Below, one piece after another: positions 1 to 11,438 of a DNA stretch of 64,000 nt. Numbering within the stretch: position 1 is the first letter of the stretch; each line of letters starts with the position of its first letter. The notes under the pieces are model-generated. The model saw only the letters and a program-made list of their open reading frames with translations. It had not been told where the DNA came from and ran no database searches. Location of the stretch: contig QPGO01000026.1 of the NCBI GenBank assembly GCA_008632985.1, positions 620,001 through 684,000 on the forward strand, given 5' to 3'. Position numbers and translations under genes: made by a program. Source of the stretch: Psammoneis japonica (Eukaryota).

Positions 1-594
1 CAATCCAAAACATCAGTCGGTGGTTTGGAACAAAATGTCGAAGTGCATTGCGCTGCAGCAAGCAGTGAGAAGAAGAACGTGATCTTTCACCTGCCAGATG
101 GTATCACGGCCTCTGCAAAAGAAGTTTCCCAAGAGCAGGCTCAAAAGCTTGAACAAGCAGGGAAAAAGGATGAGCTACAGTATCTCGAAACAAAGACAGT
201 TGATTCTGTTGTTGGGCCGCCTCGTGAGGTGTTTATGCTCAAGACCGACACACAGGGATATGAAATGAGTGTTCTCAATGGAGCAAAGGAACTTTTGCAA
301 TCCGGAAGGGTCAAGTTTTTGCTTGTGGAGTTTAGCTACTGGCTTTTGAATGCTGCAGGAACGAAGCCATTGGAGTTGCTGGACTTAATCGCGGAGAGCG
401 GATACATTTGCACGTATCTGGCCTATCATGGTGTGAAGAAGTTAAGTGAGGAACGAAACAGCTATGGACAGCTTGATGCCCCAAATTTCGATACGCGAAG
501 AATCAGTGTTGGTTTTGAAGAATTTGTAAACTCTCTCAGAGATGTCAACTTGGGAAAACCAGGATGGACGGACCTATTTTGTTGGAAAGCGTGA
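1..594 (+). CDS. FkbM-family (Methyltransf_21-like) SAM-dependent methyltransferase, 5'-truncated by window edge
   Basis: LKTDTQGYEMSVLNGA matches the FkbM KxDxxGxE motif, followed by LLVEF; stop TGA at 592-594. Confidence 0.75.
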   Translation, partial: QSKTSVGGLEQNVEVHCAAASSEKKNVIFHLPDGITASAKEVSQEQAQKLEQAGKKDELQYLETKTVDSVVGPPREVFMLKTDTQGYEMSVLNGAKELLQSGRVKFLLVEFSYWLLNAAGTKPLELLDLIAESGYICTYLAYHGVKKLSEERNSYGQLDAPNFDTRRISVGFEEFVNSLRDVNLGKPGWTDLFCWKA

Positions 595-638
595 ATTTCC
601 GGTAAACCACATTTCTCGTCGAGAAGTAGCACATAGTT

Positions 639-1977
639 TTACAGAATGTTTTTATGCAGGATGCCTCCTTTGAACACCAGTTTGATCTTTTCAACACTTT
701 GGAGGCTCTTGATATCCTCGAGAGGGTTGAAGTCAAGACAAATCACATCCGCGTCATAACCGCTTCTCAACTGCCCCGTGAGAGGAGCCTGTTTTCCAAG
801 AGACAAGGCTCCATGGACGGTCGTTGCCTCTATTGCTTTTTCTGGCGTCATGCCCAGATCCACCAGGTATTCCAACTCTTTGGCGGACGTACCGTAACCT
901 TCCGCATAAAAAATATCGCATCCCGTAGCAATCTTGACTCCTGCCGCAATAGCCTTGGCGTGAGCCTCTCTACTAGCCTTGTAGACGAGCTTCATCTTGT
1001 CCCAGGATACCTCGGACATGCTAGGTGGCCGTGGCCCATCGATTCCTTCGGACCCAACCAAACATTCCAGGACCCATCGAGTCGGAACCACCAATGCATC
1101 CTTTTCCAACGCCAATTGAATCGCTTCATCGTCTGCCAACGTAAAGTGCTCAATACACTCAACACCATTGTTGAGCGCATTCACAATTCCCTGCTTGGCA
1201 TGACAATGAGCGCACACGAGTCGATCATGGCGGGCCGCTTCGTCTGTCATGGCTTGAATTTCTCAGGACTAAACTGGGGTTGGGTCGGTAATCCGAGAGT
1301 CTGTGACATGACTCCACCCGAGCAACACAGTTTAATGACGGATGCTCCGGCACGAATATGACCACGGACTTTTCGGACGCAATTGTCTTGTCCGTCGGTA
1401 CCAGGACCAAACAATCCACCTTCATCACAATCTTGAATACTGCAGAGACTACCAAAGCACTGCAGGGGTACTTCCGCAGGCATATCGCAATGTCCACCAG
1501 TAATGTGGATTGGGAAATTGGCGTGATAAATTCTAGGACCCACAATTGATCCCTCCTCCACTAGAACTTTGAGATGCTTGCCGAGTCCTCCCACCTCTCT
1601 AACCGACGTAAAGCCACTCTCGAGTATCTTTTGCAAACGAGGAACGTCCCGACCAACCTTGACGGCTCTATCCTCAAAACGATTTTCCACCACATTTCAT
1701 AATGCGGCGACTCAATCCCATGAGCACCCAAAAAATGAGAATGGACATCCCACATTCCCGGCATGCAACATTTCACCGAATATTCCTTGGCAACAGCACC
1801 ACCACCAACCAGCAATTCCTTGCAGGCTGGATCCTCACGAGAACCAGCATGTAAAATCTTGCCTTTTTCCATAATCACGACGCCATTGGTAGTGGGCGGC
1901 TGAGATGCAGGTCCGTGTAGGAGAATCTCGGCGTATATTACGGTCGAGGGGATGACGCAAAGGCACTGTTGGGACAT
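639..1977 (-). CDS. Metal-dependent amidohydrolase (Xaa-Pro dipeptidase/prolidase-like), split by two 1-bp indels
   Basis: PGMWDVHSH, GFTSVREVGG, TGGHCD, IKLCCSGG, AHCH, IEH, GCD, GYDAD motifs in order across ORFs 1561-1977, 1247-1693, 639-1250. Adding one G near ~1692 and ~1262 restores one frame (YEMWVENR, FSPEEIQAM). Confidence 0.85.
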
Positions 1978-2473
1978 GGAGCCTCGAGTACTCCCAAGTC
2001 GTCATTAGACTGCTTGCTCATACTTATTCGTGCAAAAACGAGAGGTTATCTTTATGATCCCTTTTGCTAGGCACTTGCTACCGCTGTGCTTCGTTCAAAG
2101 AAGTGGTTCGCTCCGCTTCTGGCATCTCCTCTCTAGCTCTAGAGAGTACTTTAAGTGCTGATAGAAAGATGAGTAAGATAGAGATGGGAATGTCAAAAGA
2201 CGATAAAAAATTCCAAAAATAAAAATCGATTCCGAAAATAAAAATGAAATAAATCATTCACGAAGAATGAAATGAAAATAAAAACATGTACAGGTGTGAA
2301 TACTATATAAGAAAATCGTGAAAACACGGTCACAAAATGAACGGACAACTTCCTTTCAATCTTTGCCAAGACACTCTATCTACTGTACCAAAAGCAACAA
2401 TAGCTTTTCATTTTCAAAGTAACAACAAGAAAAATTACACGTACAGTTGAAAGCCTCGTCCCGCAAACAAAAC

Positions 2474-3133
2474 ATGTTGATTCGAAAATGGGCAAGCATT
2501 ATTATCGTGTTGAGTGCCTTGATTTACAACGTCGCGGCAGACGTGACGCTGGTCAACACGAAGAGTAACAACAACAAAAGCAGCAAGGACGACATTGTCG
2601 AAAATAATGGTAGTGACGATCCCCAAAACACGCACTACAGATATTGCTCTGTGGACGACATTGGCCTCTGTTCTGGTGGGTGCTATCTGAAATCCAACAG
2701 GTGTCTTCCTGTCGGATTGGGACACTACAGTCCAGAGGGATCCAACGAACGGATCGAATGCCCCACAGGAACGCACAGTAATAAGCACTTGGCCAGCTCG
2801 TGTACAGAATGCCCTGATGGCAAGACTTCGTTATTTCCAGGACAAGCGCATTGTCAGGATTCACATTCAGTAGAAACATACGTCAAGCCACTCATGTGGC
2901 ATTCGCTACAAGCTCATCAGCATATGCAACACTACACGACGCATCTGAATGGACCCACACATCATGAAAATAGCGCAACGACCATGGAACACCATTCAAA
3001 TCAAGCCGAGCACCACGTGAGCAAGGCACAAGAGCTTTTAAAGGAATACAAAGCACAAGAAAAGGAAAGGATTCTACGCCTCATGGAACTATACAAGGAC
3101 GACTTGGTAGAAATCTTTGGCAAATACATTTAA
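2474..3133 (+). CDS. Secreted protein with Cys-rich TNFR/ephrin-receptor-like (GCC2/GCC3-type) repeat and His-rich C-terminus
   Basis: ATG at 2474, hydrophobic signal peptide, CPTGTHS...SCTECPDGKTS...CQ pattern. Confidence 0.6.
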   Translation: MLIRKWASIIIVLSALIYNVAADVTLVNTKSNNNKSSKDDIVENNGSDDPQNTHYRYCSVDDIGLCSGGCYLKSNRCLPVGLGHYSPEGSNERIECPTGTHSNKHLASSCTECPDGKTSLFPGQAHCQDSHSVETYVKPLMWHSLQAHQHMQHYTTHLNGPTHHENSATTMEHHSNQAEHHVSKAQELLKEYKAQEKERILRLMELYKDDLVEIFGKYI

Positions 3134-3399
3134 GACCGCGACTTTTTTTCTAACTGGATGCATAGTAGGTACTCTATTTGTCTTCTGTGCTTGCACCTTC
3201 ACATGAGGTGGAACGCGAAGATAAACGGACCCACGCTTTCATAAGCAGTTCCAGGAATGCTTGCCGCAAGTCTTCGGCAAGGCTTTTTAAAGCTCATTTG
3301 CAATATGTCCTAACCTAGCATGCCTAGTACAGTTATTATAGTTAATTGATTGAAAATACCCCGTGCAACATTGTTCGAGACTAGCGTTTGTCGTATTGT

Positions 3400-5140
3400 T
3401 TACTCTTCATACTTGTCAAACACGAGAGCACAGTTGGTTCCACCGAATCCAAAGCTGTTAGACATGGCACGGGTAAAGGGTCCATCCTTGCGTTCCGTCA
3501 AAATGTGCATGCCCTCGGCTTCATCGACAAGATCATTGATGTTTGCAGATTCCGCCATGAAGTCATTGTTCATCATGAGAATAGTGTAAATGGCCTCGTG
3601 AACACCGGCAGCACCGAGTGCGTGTCCCGAAAGACTCTTGGTGGAACCAACGTAGGGTTGGTATCCCTCCTCGTCAAAGAGAGTCTTGATGGCACCAAGT
3701 TCCATAACATCACCAACCGGCGTGGACGTACCGTGGGTGTTGATGTAATCTACATGCTTTTCACCTCCAACCCGGTTTGCCTCGTCCATGGCAAGTTTCA
3801 TACACCGTTGTCCGCCAACACCCGACGGTGCACCATGTCGTACCCATCCGCGTTGGCACCGTATCCAACCAATTCGGCGTAAATCTTTGCGCCACGAGCC
3901 TTGGCGTGTTCAAGTTCCTCCAAAACAACAACACCTCCGCCACCCGCAATGACGAAACCATCACGGGTCTTGTCAAAGGCACGGGACGCATGCTTGGGAT
4001 CGTCATTGTACGAAGTCGACAAGGCACCCATGCAGTCAAACATGGACGTAAATTCCCAGCTGACATTCTCACCTAGTAAAACAAAAGGAGGCGGTTCGAT
4101 GAGGAGCTGCGATCTAATCAAACCGAGAAATCGCTAACACTCTTGTCGACAAGTTGAAACTCACCAGCTCCGCAAAAGGCAATGTCGGACTTTCCAAGCT
4201 GAATTTGTTCAAATCCCGTTCCAATGCAATGCGCTCCGGTCGAACAAGCACTGGAAATAGAGAAACTCGGTCCCTGTGTCTTGAATGCAGTCGCAAGCAC
4301 TGCACTGCACGTCGATCCCATGGACCGTGTGACACGGAAGGGACCAACCTTGTTCTTCCAACGCTTACCACCGGCTTCAACCGCATCGACCGTCTCGACA
4401 ATGTCTGGAATACTGGTTCCACCCTGTCCGATAATGGAAGCAACACGTGGATTCTCTTGATAATCTTCTGGTTTCAATCCAGAATCCTGCACCGCCCGGT
4501 CCATGGCAATGTACGCGTACTTGGCGTTGGTGCCGCAAAACCGGAGCGATTGCTTGGGAATGAGTTCCTTGTAATCGGCATCGGTCAACTCCGGAATACC
4601 GCGAACCTGAGACTTGATTCCCTTTTCTTCACACTCTTCTGAAAAAGTAATGCCCGACTCGGCGTCGTGAAGGTGTTGCTTGACATCATCCAGCGTGTTT
4701 CCCAAACAAGACACGATACCCATGCCCGTCACAACGACTCGCTTCAAACCAGTGACTTCCATATTCAAGGCAGTAGCCGAACGACGAGAAGCATAAGAGC
4801 CACTTCTATCGACTGTGTAGCATAAAAAAGAAAAAAAAACGACAAGATGAGAAAACATGAACAAACAAAGAGATCAAGTTTTCTCGTGGTCGGAAAATTC
4901 CAAACGACCAAACAGTCAATGCGCAGAAATATCACACGCTAAATTATGACAACTCCAACAGAGCCGAATCATACCAAACAAACAAAAATCAAGTCACCGT
5001 CTCACCTGTCGTGAAAGCAGCAACATTATTTGCTGGCAACCGACTGCCTCCAACAAAGCGGATCCGCTGGTGGATGGCGTCACAAAGGAAAGAACCGGAC
5101 TGGCAATGAACACAACTGCAGCAGCAACGTGAAGCTTCAT
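3400..5140 (-). CDS. fabB: Plastid 3-oxoacyl-ACP synthase I (KAS I, FabB-type), 3 exons
   Basis: [14 protein letters not shown], catalytic [52 protein letters not shown] 5140 with bipartite presequence (VLS-FVTP). Introns 4813-5005 and 4073-4164 (GTGAG...AG). Apparent 1-bp deletions near ~5056 and ~3831. Confidence 0.92.
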
Positions 5141-5757
5141 GATGAAAAAGAGAGAGTCGTTTGGTAAAGGATGATACTAGTATGAAAGAGAGAAGAGTGT
5201 TTGGAAGTGTTGGTGTTGTTGTCTTTGTGCAACCGAGAGAAACCAAAAGAAGATGCGCTTCTTGATTTTGGGATCTTTTCTCGAATCATTTTAAATTTTC
5301 GTATTGAAGTTCTCCTCTAAGAATATCAAAAATACTCCTATTTGAATACGAAAATTTGTCTACTTAGGGGTGTGACGTGTTGCCGATTGGCGACGAAAAT
5401 CAACGAGGTGTCTCGTGCACTGTCGACGTGGGAAGAAAACGTACAAGTACGTGTTCAATTGTGTACCAATTCTTACGTAGATTCTACAGAGATTTGAAAT
5501 TTCGCGCTGTATTCGCGCGCAGATGAAGTGAGAAAGATGATGTTGACACACCCCGATCCAGATCGATCATTGAGAAAGCACTACATCACCACTCGTGTAC
5601 TTTCAATGAATTGACAGCGCCACATTTTCATAAAGACACGTTGCTTTCCATCACATAAAACTTGCTACATACGAAAAAAGGGCACGTCAAAAAAGAGTTC
5701 CATCACTTTATCACTGTGCAAAGCAAGAACAACAACATCACAATAATACAAGAAAAA
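5141..5757. promoter_or_regulatory. Putative bidirectional promoter region between divergent fabB and fabH
   Basis: 617-bp spacer between the two start codons; position only, no motif identified. Confidence 0.45.
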
Positions 5758-6985
5758 ATGAAACTCACCTTGGCTGCCACGGGTCTGCTGTTGCTCGCAA
5801 TAAACAATGGTGCATCGGCCTTTGCACCCAAAAACAATGTAGCAAAGAAATCATCATCCGCCTTGCAAATGGCAGCGGGCGGTGCGTTGAATGCTCGTCC
5901 CATTGGTATCGGATCGGCAGCTCCGGATACGGTAGTCTCCAATGTCGATTTGGAGTCGGTTGTGGAAACGTCGGACGAATGGATCCAAACACGTACCGGC
6001 ATTGCCAAACGACACTTGTTAACGTCGGACGAAAAAATCCGAGACTTGGCCACCAAGGCGGGAGAGAATGCATTGGAGATGAGTGGAGTCGATCCAAGTG
6101 ATATTGACATGGTGATTTGTTGTACGTCGTCGGCCGATGACATGTTTGGAGATGCCACCTCGATTGCTGCCGATTTGGGTTGTGACAATGCCATGGCATA
6201 TGATTTGGTTGCCGCGTGCAGTGGATTTCTCTTTGGAACTGTCACGGCTGGACAATTTCTATCCAATGGAAGTATGAAGAATGTACTTGTGATTGGTGCT
6301 GATGCGCTTAGTCGATGGGTGGACTGGGATGATCGCAATGTGTGCATTCTCTTTGGTGATGGCGCGGGGGCTATGGTTGTTACGGCCAGCGAGGATGGGA
6401 AGGAAAGTGAAGGACCTGGTATTTTGAGTTATGCAGCTCACTCGAATGGAAAAGGATACGGAGATTTGAAATGCTGGTAAGGAGATTCGGGTTGTGAAAA
6501 GTTGTCATGAATGAGTTTTGTTTGAAATGGTTACTGACGCATGCATTTTCGCGATTACTGCTTGAAGCTATCTCGGAGAACCTCGCCATGTCGCAACACC
6601 CGGTGATGGAACAGTTGTGAGTAGCGGTTCTTATGGAAACATGTACATGAACGGACGCGAGGTATACAAGTTTGCCACGAGAGAAGTACCCACAGTTATT
6701 GAAGAAGCATTGGAGGCTGGCGGACTTGAGGTGGATGACGTGGATTGGCTCTTGCTCCATCAAGCCAACATTCGAATCATGGAGACCGTGGCAAAACGAC
6801 TGGGTGTTCCCATGGAAAAAGTGATAACAAACTTGAGCGAATACGGCAACACAAGTGCAGCATCCATCCCGTTGGCTCTCGACGAAGCTGTCCGAGAGGG
6901 CAAGGTGAAAAAGGGCGACGTGATTGCCTGTGCCGGCTTTGGTGCTGGTCTGTCATGGGGAGCTGCCATTTTCAAGTGGGGTTGA
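5758..6985 (+). CDS. fabH: Plastid 3-oxoacyl-ACP synthase III (KAS III), 2 exons
   Basis: GASAFAP plastid-targeting motif; [47 protein letters not shown]. Intron 6477-6567 (GTAAGG...GAAG) joins in frame. Confidence 0.95.
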
Positions 6986-7154
6986 GCGACATTATGCCTT
7001 ACCCTGCAGAGGAGTGTTTCACATCTATCCTGAAAACGAAACGATACGAGATTGATACAAATAATCAAGCTGTGCTAATAACTATAAACTTGTTGATAAT
7101 TGTGAATCCGAGGCTAATATATACATATGTTGTTCTTAACAGCTCAAGTCGCCT

Positions 7155-7942
7155 TTATACCTGATAAATGACGCCGGCATTCGCATTTCCCTCGCTCTCT
7201 TCTTCTTGTTCTTTTTCTTCGTCGTCGACGTCGTCTTCATGAGCGTTATGCTGCTCATCAATAAGAAGTTTAACAAAGATTCGTTGTTGCGACTGAAGCA
7301 AGGCGTGGTACTTTTTCTTATCGACTTCAGCGCCATCGACAGAAACAGAGATGTTACTCTTGATACTTTCTACTGAGGCGGCCTTGGACTTTTTCTTGGC
7401 AGCGGCACTAGAGCTGGCTGCTCCGGTGGCGTCACGAAGCAAATGACTTATCTTTTCTCTCGCCTTGACAAATTCAATTTCGTAGTAGCCTTTACCACCT
7501 GGGTTCTTCTTGAGGAACCTCCCACCTTGAGAGTGAACCCACTTTACAAGTTCTGTTGCTATTTCGTCTTTTCTATTTTCGTCTTGGCTTCTCTGTATGA
7601 CTTTCGGTGCGCGTGGACGACTGGATATAGCTTTGGGTTTACCTTTCCCCGACCACATATAATGTCGTAATCGTGGTCTGGTACTATCTCGTCGGCAGTA
7701 TCATCTCTCTTTCGTGATGCCACTGCAGCAATGTCTTTAGCTGCTGATGACGCTGGCGGAGGGTCATCGTTGTTCTCGTCAGCGAAACTTTCGCATAGCA
7801 GCAGCTGTTCAGATGTAGCAGTGTCGATGCCATCTGTTGCAATATCGGCCAGTTCCTTCTCGTCAAATAAGTTCCCTATGCTACCCCATGATTGATGTTC
7901 CATTAGTGCTGGTGGTGGTGGTACTACAAGAACGTTGGCCAT
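7155..7942 (-). CDS. DUF6824-type diatom protein, with one 1-bp indel near ~7563
   Basis: DYDIICGRGK ... EKT-IA ... GGRFLKK ... AREKISHLLRD, C-terminal LLQSQQRIF. Confidence 0.75.
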
Positions 7943-8143
7943 GATCGTCGTGATCTCTCAAGAAAAAAGTTGTTGCGTGTAAAATGAACCGAAGGAGAAA
8001 TAGATTGCATTCAACATGGCTTTTGTAAGAGTCATGCAGTGAAACCGACAGGTGAAGGTTGCTTTGTCTTGCTCCTGTTCAATTATGGACTTGGGTTTCG
8101 TTGTGCCGAGACACACCCAAACTGTTCGAAAAGTGGAGGCAAA

Positions 8144-8356
8144 CCCGACTGAAAACCAAAAATGCGATCAATAAGTAAAGCTCTAAAGCATCGATAGTGC
8201 GTCAGTTGCATCGATTTTGGTAATCTGTCCTAAGTGTGCTTTGTCCTTCTCCTTTTCAATTAAGGGAAGAGGACCAAGCGGCTCATTGTCTGTTATGCAA
8301 CCCCGACTGAAAATCAAAAGTGCGTTCAATAAATAGCTCTCTAAAACAACGATAGT
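8144..8356 (+). repeat. Imperfect ~55-bp direct repeat (8144-8198, 8302-8356)
   Basis: cccgactgaaaa(c/t)caaaa(a/g)tgcg(a/t)tcaataa...ctctaaa...cgatagt occurs twice; TA and CG retained. Confidence 0.75.
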
Positions 8357-8629
8357 AAAAGACAAGCATGAATCTAATTAACAAAACTGCGATCACCAGA
8401 GTCATCCTCAACTCTCAAGAATTCTTCTCATCTAAGTCATTCTCTGCTGAAATGACTCTACTAAGTTGAACCGATTGAACGAGAATCTGCGCCACGCGCT
8501 ACCGTGAACCTTGTAAAAGCTGCGCTCGACTGACTGCAGGGAAACTAGCAATGGAGGAACTCTTCAAGATTTTCTGCTTCCAAACAAAATTTACGAAATG
8601 GTAGTTCATTGTTTGCTGTTCTTGTCGCT

Positions 8630-9060
8630 TGAGGGTTCTTACACGCATGAGGCATCTCTGTCACTCCAGACAAGGACGTGGCCTTGCAGCTGAAATCTCA
8701 CGCCTCATGCTTGGTGCTGGCCCCCTCCTTCATCTAAACTGTGTCAGCAGCCAGAAATGGTCACTGCTGGAGAGGCACTCTGCAGCACCTTTTCTCGAGA
8801 GAAGGCATGCAGTGGCCCCACCGAGCTGCACTTTCAGTTTGGAAGCCAGCCATGCTTTTGATTTTCCTCTGCCCTTGCCAGCTGTTTTGCCCAACCTTCA
8901 CCACCCTGTGCAGCACACTCCATGACAGGACAAACAGGTTCTCATCAGTGGGGCCTCTGCTCTAGCTTCTCGCTCTACTCTCTAGCCTCTACTGTGACTA
9001 ACTCTCTACTGCTACTTTTAGCTGCCGGTGGAGAGCAGAGAGAGATAGAGCAGTCGTACC
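8630..9060. repeat. Degenerate CTCTA/TAGAG-rich dispersed repeat remnant with TpA-depleted interior
   Basis: 8960-9050 is rich in ctcta/tagag; 8630-8955 has ctctg/cagca/ggaga variants and almost no TA. Similar motifs at ~2130, ~12810-12855 and ~29510-29610. Confidence 0.4.
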
Positions 9061-9446
9061 GGCATGAATAGAAGGTGTGCGTGAAGCGCAACTAAGTGAT
9101 AATGTTCAACATACATTTCCGGACACTATTTCATTTAAAAGTTACTATCGATTATTAACAAGCTCTTTACGATGCCGTACATATTTAGATTTTCAGCTTT
9201 CAGAAAAAAGATACCGTTCGGGTCATCCGAAAGGATATTTTCGATTTCATCACAAAACTCGAACCACAAAAGCTCGAACCCAAGTGGCTCGACCCAAATC
9301 AAAAGTGCGACTGATTCGTGCATTCCGACATTATGTGATACGTAGGAAACAGGAACTACAACCATTCATAATACAGGGTTCTGCCAGACGTGAGCTGCGC
9401 TTGTCTTTTTCTGATGTAAGATGCAAACTCGCAGATTAATAGTGTC

Positions 9447-10010
9447 ATGAACACCAACAAGAGGCCCAGACGCAAAGAACCAACAAAGAGGAAATCATCG
9501 TCCACGAGCAAAAAGAGTAACCCCGTTGCCGTTGCAGCCATTCCGATTCGTCCCTATGATGTGATTCTCGGCCGAGGCAAGGCAACTGCCGACAATGTTG
9601 GCAATCGGCGTTTGCACGTGACGGTCGACGCTCATCTCGCAAGCTATCAGCGAGGGTCCAAAGTCGAAAAGACCCAAATCACTAGAAATGTAGTAGCTTT
9701 AATCCAATCTTGTGGAGGTCGATTTCTAAAAGGATACAACTCGTCGGAAGAAGTTCACAATGACGTTGCAAGAGAAAAAGTCAGCCACTTGTTTCGTGAC
9801 AAATCCAAAAAAGCGCTGCTTCGACACACTACTACCACAATGATGGGTGATGAATCTCAATCTCCCGATACAACATCTCGACGGCAAGAGGAGCAGGAGG
9901 ACGCCGAAAAATTCCATGACTTGCTTGCCTCTCAACAAAGTATCCTCCACGCTCTTGTCAGGAACGCCGAACCAAGAAATGCAGCTACGCCGAGAAGCCT
10001 GGGGGAATAA
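9447..10010 (+). CDS. DUF6824-type diatom protein
   Basis: YDVILGRGK, NVGNRR, EKTQIT, GGRFLK, AREKVSHLFRD, LLASQQSIL. Confidence 0.8.
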   Translation: MNTNKRPRRKEPTKRKSSSTSKKSNPVAVAAIPIRPYDVILGRGKATADNVGNRRLHVTVDAHLASYQRGSKVEKTQITRNVVALIQSCGGRFLKGYNSSEEVHNDVAREKVSHLFRDKSKKALLRHTTTTMMGDESQSPDTTSRRQEEQEDAEKFHDLLASQQSILHALVRNAEPRNAATPRSLGE

Positions 10011-10104
10011 TTGTTGTCGCCACAAGCACCACCATCTTGCCCATTCTTGGAAACAGCGGAATCGGATTTTGCATGACGACTTGGTCCTTCCACATTGGGT
10101 GTAG

Positions 10105-10800
10105 ACTATATTTTTTGAATTCTTTCTCCCAATTCTTTTGAACCATCCGTCGTGTCTGCATTGCTTTCCGTGTCTCGTTTGCTGGATTGCCCACAACTGT
10201 ACTACCAGCGGCCTCGACCATATTATTGCGTGGAGGCTGTCCATTGACGCCTCCTTGTAACACATAGAATTCAGCTCCTCTTCATGGTCAATGACTCTCG
10301 ATACGAGGTTGACGAATAGCTCAATGCAGTCGAGAGCGAGAATTTGAACTCGAACTTGATGTAGATGAGTCGTCGTCGTCGTCGTTATTGTATTTGACAG
10401 TAGCTTCACCGACATTCGATTTTCTTCCTTGTTGAGATTTTGGTTCTGACCACTTTCTTTGAGCGGTTTCTCGGTTTTGCAAAGAGGTGAGCTGGAGTTT
10501 GGCTACCGTGCTCTACTCTATACAACCCGACATTTTCCAGGCTACAAACATTTTATGGCCCGGTGGCAGTAACTCTGAAAAAGGATCCCAAAATAATGCT
10601 TCAACACGACTCCCTTCTTTACGAAATGATGAGCAACATTCTTTTGTCGCTCACGTTCCGATTCCACCTTGAACCTCGATGGTAATTCTCGTGTGACCCT
10701 TTTTTTGTGGTTAGTATACCATGCAGCATATAATAGCTCCATAACCTTGTCACTTGGAACATGCCACCCACCATGCGCAAAACTGAGGTGTCAGACGGAC
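10105..10800 (-). pseudogene. Frameshifted paralog of the N-terminal region of the 56687-58693 protein
   Basis: Minus strand gives ERERQKNVAHHFV, FWDPF..LLPPG and EEELNSMCYKEAS in different frames, versus QRREQQQRVAHYRYFV, FWDPF...LLPPG and EEELNNAYHKEAS. Confidence 0.65.
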
Positions 10801-11438
10801 TGCGGCAGCTACTACTACTCTTGTCCTCCACAACAAATGTCATTTGCCGGTACAGCAGGCAAAAAAAAAAAAGACAAACATGGCGTTTTTTGCACATACG
10901 CCATCTCGACGCAAATGTGTTTCTGCGTTTTCAGTTTTGGTGGGATGTCATTTAATGAACGTCAAGTAACCAGAAACCCCCAACCACTGCGCAACACACA
11001 AGAAGAAGAAGGAGCATAGCGTCGGATGCTAGCTGTGCACTATAACTTGTTCACTGACATTTGTTCTCGAGTGAGTTATCCTGTTGCCGCGCCTTACAAG
11101 CTCGTGTCCCTGCACTTGCGACGACGACGACTCTGCTTTCCCATTGTATACAAACAGTGTCATTTGCCAACTAGTTATTCATGTATCATTCATCTCGCAG
11201 GCCTCTCACAACAGCGACGCCATGCTCACGTTTTCGCGCAATTTTCGGCGTTGCTAAAGATACGAGAGCTCGTAGCTCGCATGCAAGAAGGATCGGTCTG
11301 TCTGTCTGTAGGAAGAAATAGGAGCGTTTTCAGTTTTCAGTTTTCAGCGTGGAGGCAAGGCCGACATTGAACATCAGCAATGAGAAAGGCCGTGGCAACA
11401 ACCTCTTTGTATACTCATCTTGTACTGCCACTTTCGTC

